64,000 nucleotides of DNA from Bacteroidota bacterium (GCA_024679565.1 JAIBDD010000010.1:29396-93395), one strand, 5' to 3'; shown: positions 29,801-39,872, counted from the stretch's first letter. Translations and numbers: made by a program. Notes: generated by a model not told the origin, from the letters alone.

Positions 29801-30697
29801 GCCTTGATTGCTTGGTGATACTCCTACCTTTTTGGCTGCGTTTCCACTATGCGTAAGAAAAACAAATGCACTGTTGCTGTACACATTTTGTTGATGAACG
29901 TATTGGCCATTGCTCAATTTCCATCCATGTGGTCCTTGCGCATAGAATCTAATGAAGTCGTCAGCATCTATTCGGTTATTACTGTTTAAATCGACAAGCT
30001 CGGCGCCAAATTGCTCTAAATCGTTGCTCCTGTAATCCGGAATAGCTTCTGATAATGGGCCTCCTTCAAAACCATAAATTTTAAAGGTATTGGCATCAAT
30101 ATTTGCGATGTCAATTCCAACACTAGCTAATTGGTTCCCAGAGATTTTGTATATGCCGTCCGCGTTTACTTTGAATTTATACCAGTCTCCTTGTTGTAAC
30201 ACACTTGATGACTTAAAGGTGTTTGCTTTCTTATGCGAATATTGAATGGATTTGGAGGCTGTGCTGAATTTGAAGGTGAAAGATTCTATAAGCATCAACT
30301 CACCAGTCAAACCCTTTATTATAGGTGTAAATTCAATGTTTAAAATTGGCCGCCCTTGTTGAAATGAAATATACTGTTTTACATCAAGTTGTTGGTTTAC
30401 AACAGATTCGACTTGGTTGTCGTCAATTCGGTTTTTAGCATATTGAATGTTGGTGACGGAAGCCTTAACCCACTGGCTACTAACAGGTATACGTTCGAAG
30501 TAAATGGGAAGCGTAACCTCGTTGGTTACATCGTAGTAGCAATCATTAAAAGATAATTGGGTGCTTTTTTCTTTAGTAGACCCGTGCAGCGTATTATCCC
30601 ATTTGAGTGTCCTACTATCACCAGTGCGTATTTGACCAAAGGCAAAATTGCACAGGAAGCTAAGTACTACAATAGAAACGACTTTTTTACGATTCAT
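26879..30697 (-). CDS. porU: T9SS sortase PorU (peptidase C25)
   Basis: IYNEFSGG..DP.AIR, NYLGHG and ATC His/Cys dyad, LLGDP, C-terminal NFPNPF...GVYLYKL CTD. Confidence 0.93.
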   Translation of the reverse strand: MNRKKVVSIVVLSFLCNFAFGQIRTGDSRTLKWDNTLHGSTKEKSTQLSFNDCYYDVTNEVTLPIYFERIPVSSQWVKASVTNIQYAKNRIDDNQVESVVNQQLDVKQYISFQQGRPILNIEFTPIIKGLTGELMLIESFTFKFSTASKSIQYSHKKANTFKSSSVLQQGDWYKFKVNADGIYKISGNQLASVGIDIANIDANTFKIYGFEGGPLSEAIPDYRSNDLEQFGAELVDLNSNNRIDADDFIRFYAQGPHGWKLSNGQYVHQQNVYSNSAFVFLTHSGNAAKKVGVSPSNQGNSFDENLDYYFDLVHHEQDELNFIQSGRIWYGDEFRVNKTQTFNHNFSNVDPTYNAYISHRFAARAIGANASCALDVNGQNWHNMFFGAVSGDYDDTFGRIASKSGVFQVTGDNVSLNYTYNLPSNEGNAWIDYYSLAVPVNLGLSGTQKVVRSKEAALYTKVRYQFSGTSYNIWDISNYFNPRVQETFDESGLKNAIVASDSQQVQFVLFQPGDEKSAEFVETVTNQNIHQAADIDFIIITHPDFAPEAERLAALHRTEYNQNVRVTNVRHIYNEFSGGRQDPVAIREYIRMFYTRGLASGKPLENVLLMGDGSYDFQNRVEENTNFIPTFQSRNTTDPVNSYSSDDFYAILDDSEGYYDLTLSAEDLDIGIGRIPCNSIAQAKIMVDKIVKYHDPSSHGDWQNTITFLGDDEDGAIHLDDSETMSNYVKSQEPVFNINKIYLDAYEQKSFGSGEKYPDVNIAITKALEKGTLIFNYLGHGGTSGMAHERVVTRDDIRSWDNLDKLALMVTATCELSRFDDPAQDSPGELMLFNANGGAVGLVTTMRLVQISLNTRLSVQIWDNNIVALQGGPKSLGIFFRDTKNETQRAVNQRNFSLLGDPAMTLAFPQYEVVTTKINDSTIGVQAIDTLKAFSRIKIDGEVHDESGQKATDFNGFVYPTIFDKFLDFESLGNDELSYIRKYQLQNSVLYRGKVSVTNGDFSFQFVVPKDISYNFGDGKISYFADNGVIDAHGYDTSITVGGSITEIADDKTGPEVELFLDDESWVFGGTTDPTPLLLCKVFDENGINTVGNGIGRDITAIIDAGTEQEQTIVLNDFYQSKLDSYQAGEVEYQMEPIEPGVHTLKIRVWDVYNNVSEDETEFVVADDADLTLNNVINFPNPFTSSTAFHFDHNKVGQQMDVLLQIITPTGRIVKTFNEQMIAANSHFSGISWNGKDDYGDQLARGVYLYKLSVKTEDGNKADVTQKLVILK

Positions 30698-31078
30698 TCA
30701 AATTGGGTTTAAACTATTGGTTTTTACGACACACAATGTTAAGATGATAAACAAGAAACGCCTTAAAATATTGTTGATTTTAAGTAATATTTTGAACATT
30801 AGTCGTTGCCGATTTAACATATTGACTTTAGTAAAAGGGTGACACTTGTAGAAAAGGAACTTATAATACGAATAAAATAATTGTAGGTTGAACACCGTTT
30901 TGAAAAAACAAAACCGTGTATTTGTGAAATGATATATCAGAAAACAATGATAGCCAGGCAATAAAGTCATCGAAATATTGTTTAAATTTTAACAATATTT
31001 TGCTTGGAATATTGAAACAGGCTATCTTTACAAGATATTTTGCAACATACAGAGTAAAAGAAGATTTAAAAGAACAAG

Positions 31079-32089
31079 ATGATAAAAAGAATACTTCTCA
31101 GTGCATTAACAATCGGACTTCTATTTGGGTTGGGCCGTGACAGTGCATCTGGTCAGGATCCAGAATTCTCGCAGTTTTACGCAACACCTGTTTACACTAA
31201 CCCTGCGATGGCAGGTACAGGCCAATGTCAAAGAGGTGGCGGCGGAGGTCGTGCGGTAATAAATTATAGAAACCAATGGCCAAGTTTGCCAGGTACATTT
31301 GTTACAACGGCATTTTCTTACGATCAACATTTTGACAAGATAAACGGTGGTTTAGGGTTATTAGCTGTAAGAGATGTTGCCGGTGAAGGTTTGTTGACGA
31401 CTACACAATTAAGTGCTATATATTCTTACCAGTTAGTCGTAAGCCGAAAAGTATTTATGAGATTTGGTCTGGAAGGTCAAGTAATGCAACGCGGTTTAGA
31501 TTGGTCTAAATTACGTTGGGAAGATCAAATAGATGCAACACGTGGTTTTGTGAATGCAACTTCTGAGCCTATTCCTCCTGCTAAAATAACCACACCTAAT
31601 TTTAGTACAGGTTGGTTGATTTATACTGAAAAATTTTATGGTGGTGTTGCTGTACATAACATGATTGAACCTGTTCAGTCGTTTTATGGTGATCCTGAAG
31701 CAAAATTGCCTAGACGCTATACGGCGCATTTAGGTTCTGTAATTCCATTGGACAAAAGACGTAACCCAAATAGCACGTTTAGTCCTAATGCTTTATTCAT
31801 GATGCAAGGTCAATTTACACAATTGAATGTTGGATTTTACTTAAACAGAGGGCCACTTGTTTCGGGTCTTTGGTTCCGACAAACACTGGGTGAAGTAAAG
31901 AACTCAGACGCATTGATGCTGTTAGTAGGATTTAGAAAAGACAAATTTAAATTTGGATATAGTTTCGATTTAACTGTAGATTCAAAGAAAGCCGCAGCAC
32001 GTGGTTCTCACGAAATAAGTACAGCAATTGAATGGTGTCCAAGACGACCTGTCATTAAACACAAACCACTACACTGCCCTGATTTTTAA
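31079..32089 (+). CDS. PorP/SprF family T9SS membrane protein
   Basis: QDPEFSQFY...NPAMAG, YRNQW, GYSFD, GSHEIS. Confidence 0.9.
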   Translation: MIKRILLSALTIGLLFGLGRDSASGQDPEFSQFYATPVYTNPAMAGTGQCQRGGGGGRAVINYRNQWPSLPGTFVTTAFSYDQHFDKINGGLGLLAVRDVAGEGLLTTTQLSAIYSYQLVVSRKVFMRFGLEGQVMQRGLDWSKLRWEDQIDATRGFVNATSEPIPPAKITTPNFSTGWLIYTEKFYGGVAVHNMIEPVQSFYGDPEAKLPRRYTAHLGSVIPLDKRRNPNSTFSPNALFMMQGQFTQLNVGFYLNRGPLVSGLWFRQTLGEVKNSDALMLLVGFRKDKFKFGYSFDLTVDSKKAAARGSHEISTAIEWCPRRPVIKHKPLHCPDF

Positions 32090-32162
32090 TCAAATAATAG
32101 AATTTTAGACAATAATTCGGTAGAATTGCAGTTTAGTAGAAAGACGATATTTTCGAAAAAAT

Positions 32163-33581
32163 ATGAAACGAAATAACTTAGTTTTTTTATTTGCATGTAG
32201 TTTGATCATATTTCAAACAGCATGTAAAAAGGAAAAGTCATCCATCACAGGGTGGAATTATAACGACGCTAAATGGGGCGGATTCGAGACTTACGACTAT
32301 GCAGGTCAAGAAACAGGTCCTGGATTGGTGTACGTTAAAGGTGGTAATTTTACCATGGGTTCATCTGAGCAAGACGTACTTTATGATCGAAACAATTTCG
32401 AGCGAAAAGTTACGGTTGCCTCATTCTATATGGATGAAACCGAAGTAAGTAACTTACATTATCTAGAGTATTTATACTGGTTAAAGCGAATTTTTGCTGA
32501 TTTGCCAGAAGTTTATGAAACGGCTTTGCCAGACACAAACTGCTGGAGAGACAAGCTTGCGTATAACGAGCCTTACGTTGAGTATTACTTACGTCACCCA
32601 GCATACAAGAACTATCCAGTTGTTGGTGTTAGCTGGTTGCAAGCAACTGAGTTTGCTAAGTGGAGAACAGATCGTGTAAATGAGATGATTCTTATCCGTG
32701 AAGGAATTCTTGAGCCGGATATTAACCAGATGAATGAAGAAAACTTTGTTACTGGGGCGTATTTGGTAGGTCAATACCAAGGTATGGACGGAAAGCATTT
32801 GGTGAAAGACATCAATGTGAAGAAGGGGACACGTAACGTAAAAATGGAGGATGGAATTTTCCTTCCTGATTACAGACTACCAACAGAGGCCGAGTGGGAA
32901 TATGCTGCTACAGCAAACGTTGGTTCATCTTTATATGAAAACGTAAATGATAAGAAGATTTATTCTTGGGGTGGTTTGACTGTAAGAAATCAGACTGGAA
33001 AAGAAAAAGATCGTGGTCTTATCAATGCGAACTTTAAAAGAGGAAAAGGTGATCAAGGTGGTATCGCAAGTTGGTTAAACGATGGAGCGCTTATTACTAC
33101 GGAAGTTAAGGCTTACTGGCCAAATGATTACGGTCTATATAATATGAGTGGTAACGTAAGTGAGTGGGTGATGGATATATATCGTGCACTTTCACTTGAT
33201 GATAACACTGACTTTAATCCATTTAGAGGAAACGATTACCAAAAACCTAAGTTAGACCAGTGGGGTGTAATTGACGTGAAAGATAGTCTTGGACGAATTG
33301 TTTACGAAGATGTTGAAACGGTTGATGTTCAAGAAAGACGTAACTACCAAAAAGCCGACAACGTTGGTTTCCTAGACGAAGAGGTATATAACGGTGATAA
33401 CCAAATGTATGAATACGGCGTGTCGTCACTTGTTAACGATCAAGCACATGTATACAAAGGTGCATCATGGAATGATCGTGGTTATTGGATGTCTCCAGGA
33501 ACAAGACGTTTCTTAGACCAAAGACAATCACTATCAACGCTAGGCTTCAGATGTGCTATGCACAGAGTTGGGGCACCTTGA
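32163..33581 (+). CDS. gldJ: Gliding motility lipoprotein GldJ (SUMF1/FGE-like)
   Basis: Lipobox, TGW.YND, ETEVSN..Y.EYL.W, YPVVGVSW.QA, RLPTEAEWEYAA; divergent from porU-porV. Confidence 0.85.
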   Translation: MKRNNLVFLFACSLIIFQTACKKEKSSITGWNYNDAKWGGFETYDYAGQETGPGLVYVKGGNFTMGSSEQDVLYDRNNFERKVTVASFYMDETEVSNLHYLEYLYWLKRIFADLPEVYETALPDTNCWRDKLAYNEPYVEYYLRHPAYKNYPVVGVSWLQATEFAKWRTDRVNEMILIREGILEPDINQMNEENFVTGAYLVGQYQGMDGKHLVKDINVKKGTRNVKMEDGIFLPDYRLPTEAEWEYAATANVGSSLYENVNDKKIYSWGGLTVRNQTGKEKDRGLINANFKRGKGDQGGIASWLNDGALITTEVKAYWPNDYGLYNMSGNVSEWVMDIYRALSLDDNTDFNPFRGNDYQKPKLDQWGVIDVKDSLGRIVYEDVETVDVQERRNYQKADNVGFLDEEVYNGDNQMYEYGVSSLVNDQAHVYKGASWNDRGYWMSPGTRRFLDQRQSLSTLGFRCAMHRVGAP

Positions 33582-33599
33582 TAAAACTAAAAGACATTA

Positions 33600-33631
33600 A
33601 AAAAGGGTCCGCCAGTTGGCGGACCCTTTTT
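33600..33631. terminator. Bidirectional intrinsic terminator
   Basis: AAAAAGGGTCCGCC-AGTT-GGCGGACCCTTTTT between convergent genes. Confidence 0.9.
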
Positions 33632-33649
33632 ATTTAATAAAGTTTTTGA

Positions 33650-34063
33650 TTAACAGAAATTCTGATAAGCTGCTTGTAAGTTTTGAGCAATCATTTCAGC
33701 AGAACGTCCTTCAATATGGTGTCGTTCAACCATATGAACCAATTCACCATCCTTAAACAAAGCAATAGATGGAGATGAAGGTGGATATGGTGCCATTTGA
33801 GATCTTGCCGTGTCTGTTGCTTCTTTCTCTTGACCAGCAAATACGGTAAATAGATTATCTGGACTTTTTTCACCTCCTAATGAGTGAACCACGCCAGGTC
33901 GAGCAGTGCCTGCAGCACACCCACAAACCGAGTTTACAACAACGAGTGTTGTTCCTTTTGCGTTATCCATTGCACTGGTTACATCATCAGCAGATTTAAG
34001 CTCTGTGAAACCATTGCTTGTTAATTCTGACCTCATAGGTCTTACTAATTCTTCTGGGTACAT
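33650..34063 (-). CDS. BrxA/BrxB family bacilliredoxin
   Basis: MYPEELVRPMR.EL, NSVCGCAAG.ARP, TVFAGQ, PPSSPS.ALFKDG. Confidence 0.92.
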   Translation of the reverse strand: MYPEELVRPMRSELTSNGFTELKSADDVTSAMDNAKGTTLVVVNSVCGCAAGTARPGVVHSLGGEKSPDNLFTVFAGQEKEATDTARSQMAPYPPSSPSIALFKDGELVHMVERHHIEGRSAEMIAQNLQAAYQNFC

Positions 34064-34178
34064 ATAAATTTATAAAGTTTTACAAATATTATTACATACT
34101 CAAAACAAACCCCAATTGGAATTGTTTTTATAAGCGTTTTAAAAGTATAACTTTGCAAAAAATTTCAACAACATAAAT

Positions 34179-35489
34179 ATGACTACGTTGACAACAACAA
34201 ATTACAAGGTAAAAGACATCAATCTATCAGATTGGGGTAGAAAAGAAATGAACTTAGCGGAGGCAGAAATGCCAGGACTAATGTCCTTACGTGAAGAGTT
34301 CGGTGACAGTAAGCCTCTTGCTGGTGCAAGAATTGCGGGTTGTTTACACATGACTATCCAAACTGCAGTGCTGATTGAAACACTTACAGCGTTAGGTGCT
34401 GAAGTGACTTGGTCTTCATGTAATATCTTCTCAACTCAAGATCAAGCAGCTGCAGCTATTGCGACTACAGGTGTTCCGGTATTTGCTTGGAAAGGTATGA
34501 ACGAAGAAGAGTTTGATTGGTGTATCGAACAAACACTTACCGCCTTTGAAGGTGGCAAGCCTTTGAATATGATCTTAGACGACGGTGGAGATTTGACTAA
34601 CATGGTGTTAGACAGATTCCCTGAGTTGGTTCCAAACATTAAAGGTGTTTCGGAAGAAACAACTACTGGTGTTTTGAGATTATACGACAGAGTTAAAAAT
34701 GGGACACTTCCTATGCCAGCAATCAATATTAATGATTCTGTAACGAAGTCAAAATTTGACAACAAATACGGTTGTAAAGAATCAGCGGTTGACGCGATTC
34801 GTCGTGCTACAGACATCATGATGGCAGGTAAAGTTGCTGTTGTTGCAGGATATGGTGACGTAGGAAAAGGAACTGCTCTTTCTTTAAGAGGTGCAGGAGC
34901 TAGAGTTATCGTAACTGAAATTGATCCAATTTGTGCTTTGCAAGCTGCAATGGACGGTTTTGAAGTGAAGAAAATGGAAAACGCTATTCCACGTGCTGAT
35001 ATCGTTGTTACTGCTACTGGTAATAAAGACATTGTTACTGGAGAGCATTTCAAAATGATGCATGACAAAACTATCGTTTGTAACATTGGTCACTTTGATA
35101 ACGAAATTGACATGGCTTGGATTGAAGACAACCATGGTGCTTCAAAATATGAAGTTAAACCACAAGTTGACGTGTATAATGTAGACGGAAACGAAATCAT
35201 AATTTTAGCACAAGGTAGACTTGTAAACTTAGGTTGTGCAACAGGACACCCTTCGTTTGTTATGTCTAACAGTTTTACGAATCAAACTTTAGCTCAAATG
35301 GAGCTATGGGCTAATTCAGCTAATTACGACAATGAGGTGTACACCTTGCCAAAACACTTAGACGAAAAAGTAGCTAGACTACACTTGGCTAAGATTGGTG
35401 TTGAATTAGAGGAGTTAACTGCAGATCAAGCATCTTACATTGGTGTTAATCCAGCAGGTCCATACAAATCAGACATGTACAGATACTAA
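34179..35489 (+). CDS. ahcY: Adenosylhomocysteinase
   Basis: [51 protein letters not shown]. Confidence 0.98.
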   Translation: MTTLTTTNYKVKDINLSDWGRKEMNLAEAEMPGLMSLREEFGDSKPLAGARIAGCLHMTIQTAVLIETLTALGAEVTWSSCNIFSTQDQAAAAIATTGVPVFAWKGMNEEEFDWCIEQTLTAFEGGKPLNMILDDGGDLTNMVLDRFPELVPNIKGVSEETTTGVLRLYDRVKNGTLPMPAININDSVTKSKFDNKYGCKESAVDAIRRATDIMMAGKVAVVAGYGDVGKGTALSLRGAGARVIVTEIDPICALQAAMDGFEVKKMENAIPRADIVVTATGNKDIVTGEHFKMMHDKTIVCNIGHFDNEIDMAWIEDNHGASKYEVKPQVDVYNVDGNEIIILAQGRLVNLGCATGHPSFVMSNSFTNQTLAQMELWANSANYDNEVYTLPKHLDEKVARLHLAKIGVELEELTADQASYIGVNPAGPYKSDMYRY

Positions 35490-35508
35490 TCTGTTATTAG
35501 ATATTATC

Positions 35509-35546
35509 AATCCCTCTTGAACTTAGGTTTTAGAGGGATTTTTTTT
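35509..35546 (+). terminator. Intrinsic terminator after ahcY
   Basis: AATCCCTCT/AGAGGGATT stem followed by a T run. Confidence 0.75.
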
Positions 35547-35599
35547 GAAATTAATCGACAACAAAATCAAAACTCAAAGCGAGATAACTACGTTTGCAT

Positions 35600-36343
35600 A
35601 TGGGTATAGAAAAGTGGATAGGAGCCGGCCTAGGTTGGGCTTTTGGAGGACCAATTGGCGCATTGATTGGCTTCAGTGTCGGAAGCTGGTTAGGTAACGA
35701 CAAGCAACCCAAACGGCTACAAGGCGGTGGAAGTTATGATACACGAGGCCGAAGAACAACGGTGTTTGATTTTAAAGCATCATTACTTGTTCTTACAGCT
35801 GCCGTCATGAAAGCGGATGGCAAAATTTTAAAGTCGGAACTAGATTACGTTAAGCGCTTTTTTATTCAAAATTTCGGGACAGAAGAAACCAAACGTGATA
35901 TGCTTATGCTTCGCGACCTTCTGAAAAAAGAAATACCCCTTGACGATGTTTTAAATCAAGTCCGAAGAGCAATGACCATTGCAAATCGACGACAACTATT
36001 TTATTATTTAGTGGGTATTGCAACCGCTGATGGGCATGTTGACGAAAAGGAACGTCAGGTACTGTATCAAATTTCAAACTATTTTGGTTTAAGCATTCAA
36101 GAGTTCAATTCAGCATTTGCCAGTTATAAACCAGCCTCTGATGTATCTCCTTATACCTTGTTAGAGATTGAATCGTCTGCAACGAATGAGGAAGTGAAAA
36201 AGGCATATAGGAAGCTTGCTCGAAAATATCATCCTGACCTCGTAGCAAATCTAGGACCAGCTCAGGTCAAATCTGCTGAAGATCATTTTAAGAAAATGAA
36301 GAATGCCTACGAGGATATTAAAAAAATGCGTGGGATGCGTTAA
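35600..36343 (+). CDS. DjlA-like co-chaperone (TerB-like + J domain)
   Basis: Gly-rich TM GGPIGA, MKADG TerB-like region, C-terminal J domain KKAYRKLARKYHPD. Confidence 0.85.
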   Translation: MGIEKWIGAGLGWAFGGPIGALIGFSVGSWLGNDKQPKRLQGGGSYDTRGRRTTVFDFKASLLVLTAAVMKADGKILKSELDYVKRFFIQNFGTEETKRDMLMLRDLLKKEIPLDDVLNQVRRAMTIANRRQLFYYLVGIATADGHVDEKERQVLYQISNYFGLSIQEFNSAFASYKPASDVSPYTLLEIESSATNEEVKKAYRKLARKYHPDLVANLGPAQVKSAEDHFKKMKNAYEDIKKMRGMR

Positions 36344-36981
36344 TTACCCCATGTAGTTGGGTCTTTACGCCACTCGTTTAAGGTTGGAAGATCTGATTCA
36401 GTTATAATCCCGTCAGACATGGCTTGTGTCAACAAGTCATTGTATCCACCTAAACTAAAGTGTTTGCAATTTGCTTGTTTAAAGTTGTCATCCGCTAACT
36501 GGAAACTATACGTGAATATGGATATCAGTCCTACCACTTGATATCCGTTCTCTCTTAAATATTCTACCACTTTTAAACTGCTTCCTCCTGTGGATATAAG
36601 ATCTTCAACCAATAATACTTTTGAGTTTTTATCTAATCGTCCTTCTAGCTGATTTTTCATCCCATGCGCTTTCGGTTTTGGACGACAATACGAATAAGGC
36701 ATATCCAATGCGTCAGCAACTAAACCACCGATTGCAATTCCTGCAGTAGCTACGCCACATAAAGCATTGGCTTCTGGGAATTCTCGCTTAATCGCCGCAG
36801 CCATCTCGTTCTTTATGAAGTTTCTTACGTTTGGGTAAGACAGGGTAACTCGATTGTCACAATAAATCGGAGAATTCCATCCACTTGACCATTGAAAAGG
36901 TTGATTTGGTTGTAATTTAACCGCCTTTATTTTCAGCAGAAATTCGGCTAATTTTACAGAAGTATTTGGTTGCGCATCCAT
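36340..36981 (-). CDS. pyrE: Orotate phosphoribosyltransferase
   Basis: WSSGWNSPIYCDNR, K.HG, VEDLISTGGS PRPP motif. Confidence 0.95.
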   Translation of the reverse strand: MDAQPNTSVKLAEFLLKIKAVKLQPNQPFQWSSGWNSPIYCDNRVTLSYPNVRNFIKNEMAAAIKREFPEANALCGVATAGIAIGGLVADALDMPYSYCRPKPKAHGMKNQLEGRLDKNSKVLLVEDLISTGGSSLKVVEYLRENGYQVVGLISIFTYSFQLADDNFKQANCKHFSLGGYNDLLTQAMSDGIITESDLPTLNEWRKDPTTWGN

Positions 36982-37573
36982 GGGACAAAAGTATAAAATA
37001 TTCTATCGGAGACACTACTTTGTTTTCGACCAAAAGCTTGGTAAACAACAAGTAAATCTTGTGCTTAACGACATCAACGTTGACTTGCTAAGTGCTATTC
37101 TTTTTTATCTGAAAGAAACGAAGTCACCGCACATTATTCAGGTGACCCAAGAAAATGGATTTGAGACTTTCAAGAGGCTATTCAAAATTATTGTAGCAGC
37201 TGGAGGAGCCGTGTTTAATACGGAAGGAAACCTCCTGCTAATGAAACGTAAGGGCGTGTGGGATTTGCCTAAGGGTAAGTTAGATAAAGGGGAGAAGATT
37301 GAAACAGCGGCCATTAGAGAGGTCGAGGAAGAATGTAATGTGTTCGATCTGAAGATTAAAAATTCGCTTAGCATCACCTATCATATTTATTATGAGAGGA
37401 AGTGGTTGCTCAAAGAAACGCACTGGTACAATATGAAGTCGAAGGACTGGAAGAACGCTAAACCACAAATAGAAGAAGATATTGAAAAAGTTAAATGGGT
37501 AGCCCCTGACGACTTAGACATTGAGGGCTTAAATACCTATCAAAATGTTAGACAGGTTTTACGTCAATTGTAA
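36980..37573 (+). CDS. NUDIX hydrolase
   Basis: AAGG, WDLPKGK...AIREVEEEC Nudix box. Confidence 0.9.
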   Translation: MGQKYKIFYRRHYFVFDQKLGKQQVNLVLNDINVDLLSAILFYLKETKSPHIIQVTQENGFETFKRLFKIIVAAGGAVFNTEGNLLLMKRKGVWDLPKGKLDKGEKIETAAIREVEEECNVFDLKIKNSLSITYHIYYERKWLLKETHWYNMKSKDWKNAKPQIEEDIEKVKWVAPDDLDIEGLNTYQNVRQVLRQL

Positions 37574-38018
37574 CGGCTTTTGGCAAGTAAGGGGCGTAGT
37601 TACCTCCATGTAAAATCAAATCTCTGATGACGGTAGAACTCACGGCCGTATATTTTTGTTCGCTCAGAACAAACACACTTTGAACTGAAGGGTCAAGATC
37701 TGCATTAACCATAGCAATTTGTTTTTCATATTCGAAGTCACCTATTGTACGTAGGCCACGCAAAATAAATGTTGCATTGACTTCATTACAAAACTGAATA
37801 GTCAAACCTGAGTATTGAGTTACCTTCACACGCGGTTCGTTTTCAAAACACTTCGATATCCATTTCATCCTTGTTTCAAGGTCAAACATTGTTTTTTTGC
37901 TCGCATTTTCGCCAACGGCGACAACAACTTGATCAAAAAGACCTAGGCCTTTTTCTACAATATCTAAATGCCCATTTGTAAACGGGTCGAATGTTCCTGG
38001 AAACAGTGCAATTCTCAT
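37548..38018 (-). CDS. coaD: Phosphopantetheine adenylyltransferase
   Basis: FPGTFDPFTNGH, RGLR...DFEYE, SST.IR. Confidence 0.96.
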   Translation of the reverse strand: MRIALFPGTFDPFTNGHLDIVEKGLGLFDQVVVAVGENASKKTMFDLETRMKWISKCFENEPRVKVTQYSGLTIQFCNEVNATFILRGLRTIGDFEYEKQIAMVNADLDPSVQSVFVLSEQKYTAVSSTVIRDLILHGGNYAPYLPKAVTIDVKPV

Positions 38019-38563
38019 TAAGTCAAAGATACATCAAATTGAAATAGGCTAAAAACGGACTGACCGTAGTTCCGACTTTCCACCAAATACGTTGTGTCCC
38101 AACCCAAATTAGATTCGTGCTCAACAATTAACAGCCCTTTTGGATTTAAAAGCTGCTGCTCTTGAATTAACTCAGGTAAGCGCTGAATCGTTTTTAAGTG
38201 ATAGGGAGGGTCGGCGAAAATCACATCATAGGTATCGTTACAGCGTTTGATGTATTGAAAAACATCCATGCAACGAAACGACATGTGTTCGATATTTTTT
38301 GATTTCGTGAATTCTTCGGATTGTTTTATAACACGTCTGTTTTTTTCGACGGATGTGACATGCAAACAACCGCGAGAAACAAATTCAAATCCAATGTTCC
38401 CGCTTCCTGCAAACAAATCAAGGACCGTAATGTCTTCGAAGTCAAACCTACTTGTCAATATGCTAAACAGCGCTTCTTTCGCTCGATCTGTTGTAGGCCT
38501 TATCTCGCCTCCTTTTGGCATCGGAATGCTTAACCCTTTATGCTTTCCTGCAATTATGCGCAT
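38018..38563 (-). CDS. rsmD: 16S rRNA (guanine-966-N2)-methyltransferase
   Basis: MRIIAG, RPTTDRAKEALF, LDLFAGSG, DPPY. Confidence 0.93.
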   Translation of the reverse strand: MRIIAGKHKGLSIPMPKGGEIRPTTDRAKEALFSILTSRFDFEDITVLDLFAGSGNIGFEFVSRGCLHVTSVEKNRRVIKQSEEFTKSKNIEHMSFRCMDVFQYIKRCNDTYDVIFADPPYHLKTIQRLPELIQEQQLLNPKGLLIVEHESNLGWDTTYLVESRNYGQSVFSLFQFDVSLT

Positions 38564-39318
38564 GTTATAGCTGTTGACAGAGCGCTGGATATACTCGGGT
38601 GCAAGTCAATTTTTGAGATCTTTTTGATATAAGAGGCAAACATGTCTGCAATACCATTGTAACTCTTATCATCACTTGCGTCCACCCAATTTAGGGTTAA
38701 ATGTTCAATGTCTAATTCCAATTGCTCTACTGCCAACATAACAAAATAGAACACGTCATCTAAATCTTTGGTGTCGTACCGGTTAATCAATTTTAATTGT
38801 TGACCATTTTTTACAATCATCAAGGTTTGAGTGGTGTCGCAGCAAATTACTATTGATTCGCCTGAAGCTTTAAGTTCGGCGTGCGTATACTTAAACAAAG
38901 ACTCAATCTCATGGTGGTACGTAACATTTGGAAATTTCGATTTGACCAATTGCAGCAGGTCATAAGTTGCAGCATAGGTTAACGCAATATCAGCATTAAG
39001 GGTTCCAGTCTCTAATCGGTCGCTAGCGCGTAGTTTATGACTGACTTTATACAAATCCCTTTGATCATTGCTGCTCGTAAAGGCTTGAGGGTAGGTTACA
39101 AAAGAAGTGTGAGACCAAATGAGATCTACAGTGCTAAAAATTTCAGATAAAGGAGGCGTGTTGGCAAGTACGTCGGCAAGCATTGCCTTATCCGTTACTG
39201 CAGCTTTGCCAAAAGTGACTACTTGTCTGTCGTTATTGGTAACTACATATTCTAAATCGTCACCGCTGAGAACTATAAAAAGTCTGTTGCGTATGGAGTG
39301 GGAATATTCAGTTGTCAA
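38554..39318 (-). CDS. DUF3822 family protein
   Basis: Usual neighbour of rsmD in Bacteroidota; stop overlaps the rsmD start; N.Y.....D.FYF.....EQL motif. Confidence 0.7.
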   Translation of the reverse strand: MTTEYSHSIRNRLFIVLSGDDLEYVVTNNDRQVVTFGKAAVTDKAMLADVLANTPPLSEIFSTVDLIWSHTSFVTYPQAFTSSNDQRDLYKVSHKLRASDRLETGTLNADIALTYAATYDLLQLVKSKFPNVTYHHEIESLFKYTHAELKASGESIVICCDTTQTLMIVKNGQQLKLINRYDTKDLDDVFYFVMLAVEQLELDIEHLTLNWVDASDDKSYNGIADMFASYIKKISKIDLHPSISSALSTAITCA

Positions 39319-39323
39319 GATAT

Positions 39324-39872
39324 TTATTTCCAGTTACCCGAATATGAAGCCTCTGAAATAGAGCCTACTTGTAATGCCTTCTTTGGGTGATTAGGGTTTG
39401 CACGTTGCTTGTCAAAAGGCCATGGATCGGTTACTTGAAAAACAGGTACTTCCACATTACCTTGGATGACACGGCTTGCTAATAAAACAAACTTGGCTGT
39501 ATCACTAGGTGGTACAAATGCAATAGAATCAACGTTGAAATCACTAAACATGCTGTCAAGAATACTAACCTCTTCTACTTCTTGTCGGAAAACAGAAGTT
39601 GAATCGTCTTTGTCGCCATATTCAACAAGAATCTTTAGCTTACCCGTTTTTATGAAGTTTATTAAGGTGTCATAATCTCCTGTAAACTCACCTTTAACAT
39701 CTTTATAGGCAAGTTCCGCTTCTCGGATTTTTTCCAATTTGCCAATGACTAATTCTTCTACGCGATCTACTTCCGCTCGGTATTCAATTTCCCCTTTTAT
39801 TGATCTGTATAATAGGAACGCAAATAGAATTGCTAAGAAAAAGAAAATTACTTTTAAAATATTGTTAACCAT
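39324..39872 (-). CDS. Conserved hypothetical membrane-anchored protein
   Basis: N-terminal TM, L..IR.A..AYK, C-terminal VGS......GNW. Confidence 0.75.
   Translation of the reverse strand: MVNNILKVIFFFLAILFAFLLYRSIKGEIEYRAEVDRVEELVIGKLEKIREAELAYKDVKGEFTGDYDTLINFIKTGKLKILVEYGDKDDSTSVFRQEVEEVSILDSMFSDFNVDSIAFVPPSDTAKFVLLASRVIQGNVEVPVFQVTDPWPFDKQRANPNHPKKALQVGSISEASYSGNWK

Noticed and set aside
30648-30970. Short ORFs in the porU/porP divergent gap
   Set aside because: AT-rich promoter DNA with biased, non-protein-like translations. The AAATATTGTT/AACAATATTT palindrome near 30973-30999 may be regulatory but is too AT-rich to call.
34064-34178. SAH/SAM riboswitch upstream of ahcY
   Set aside because: The gap is short and AT-rich, the -7 box is only 23 nt from the ATG, and there is no aptamer-like structure.
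34442-35086. Long antisense ORFs inside ahcY, tig, lon, porU, porV and others
   Set aside because: Shadow frames produced by the codon bias of well-conserved genes on the opposite strand.
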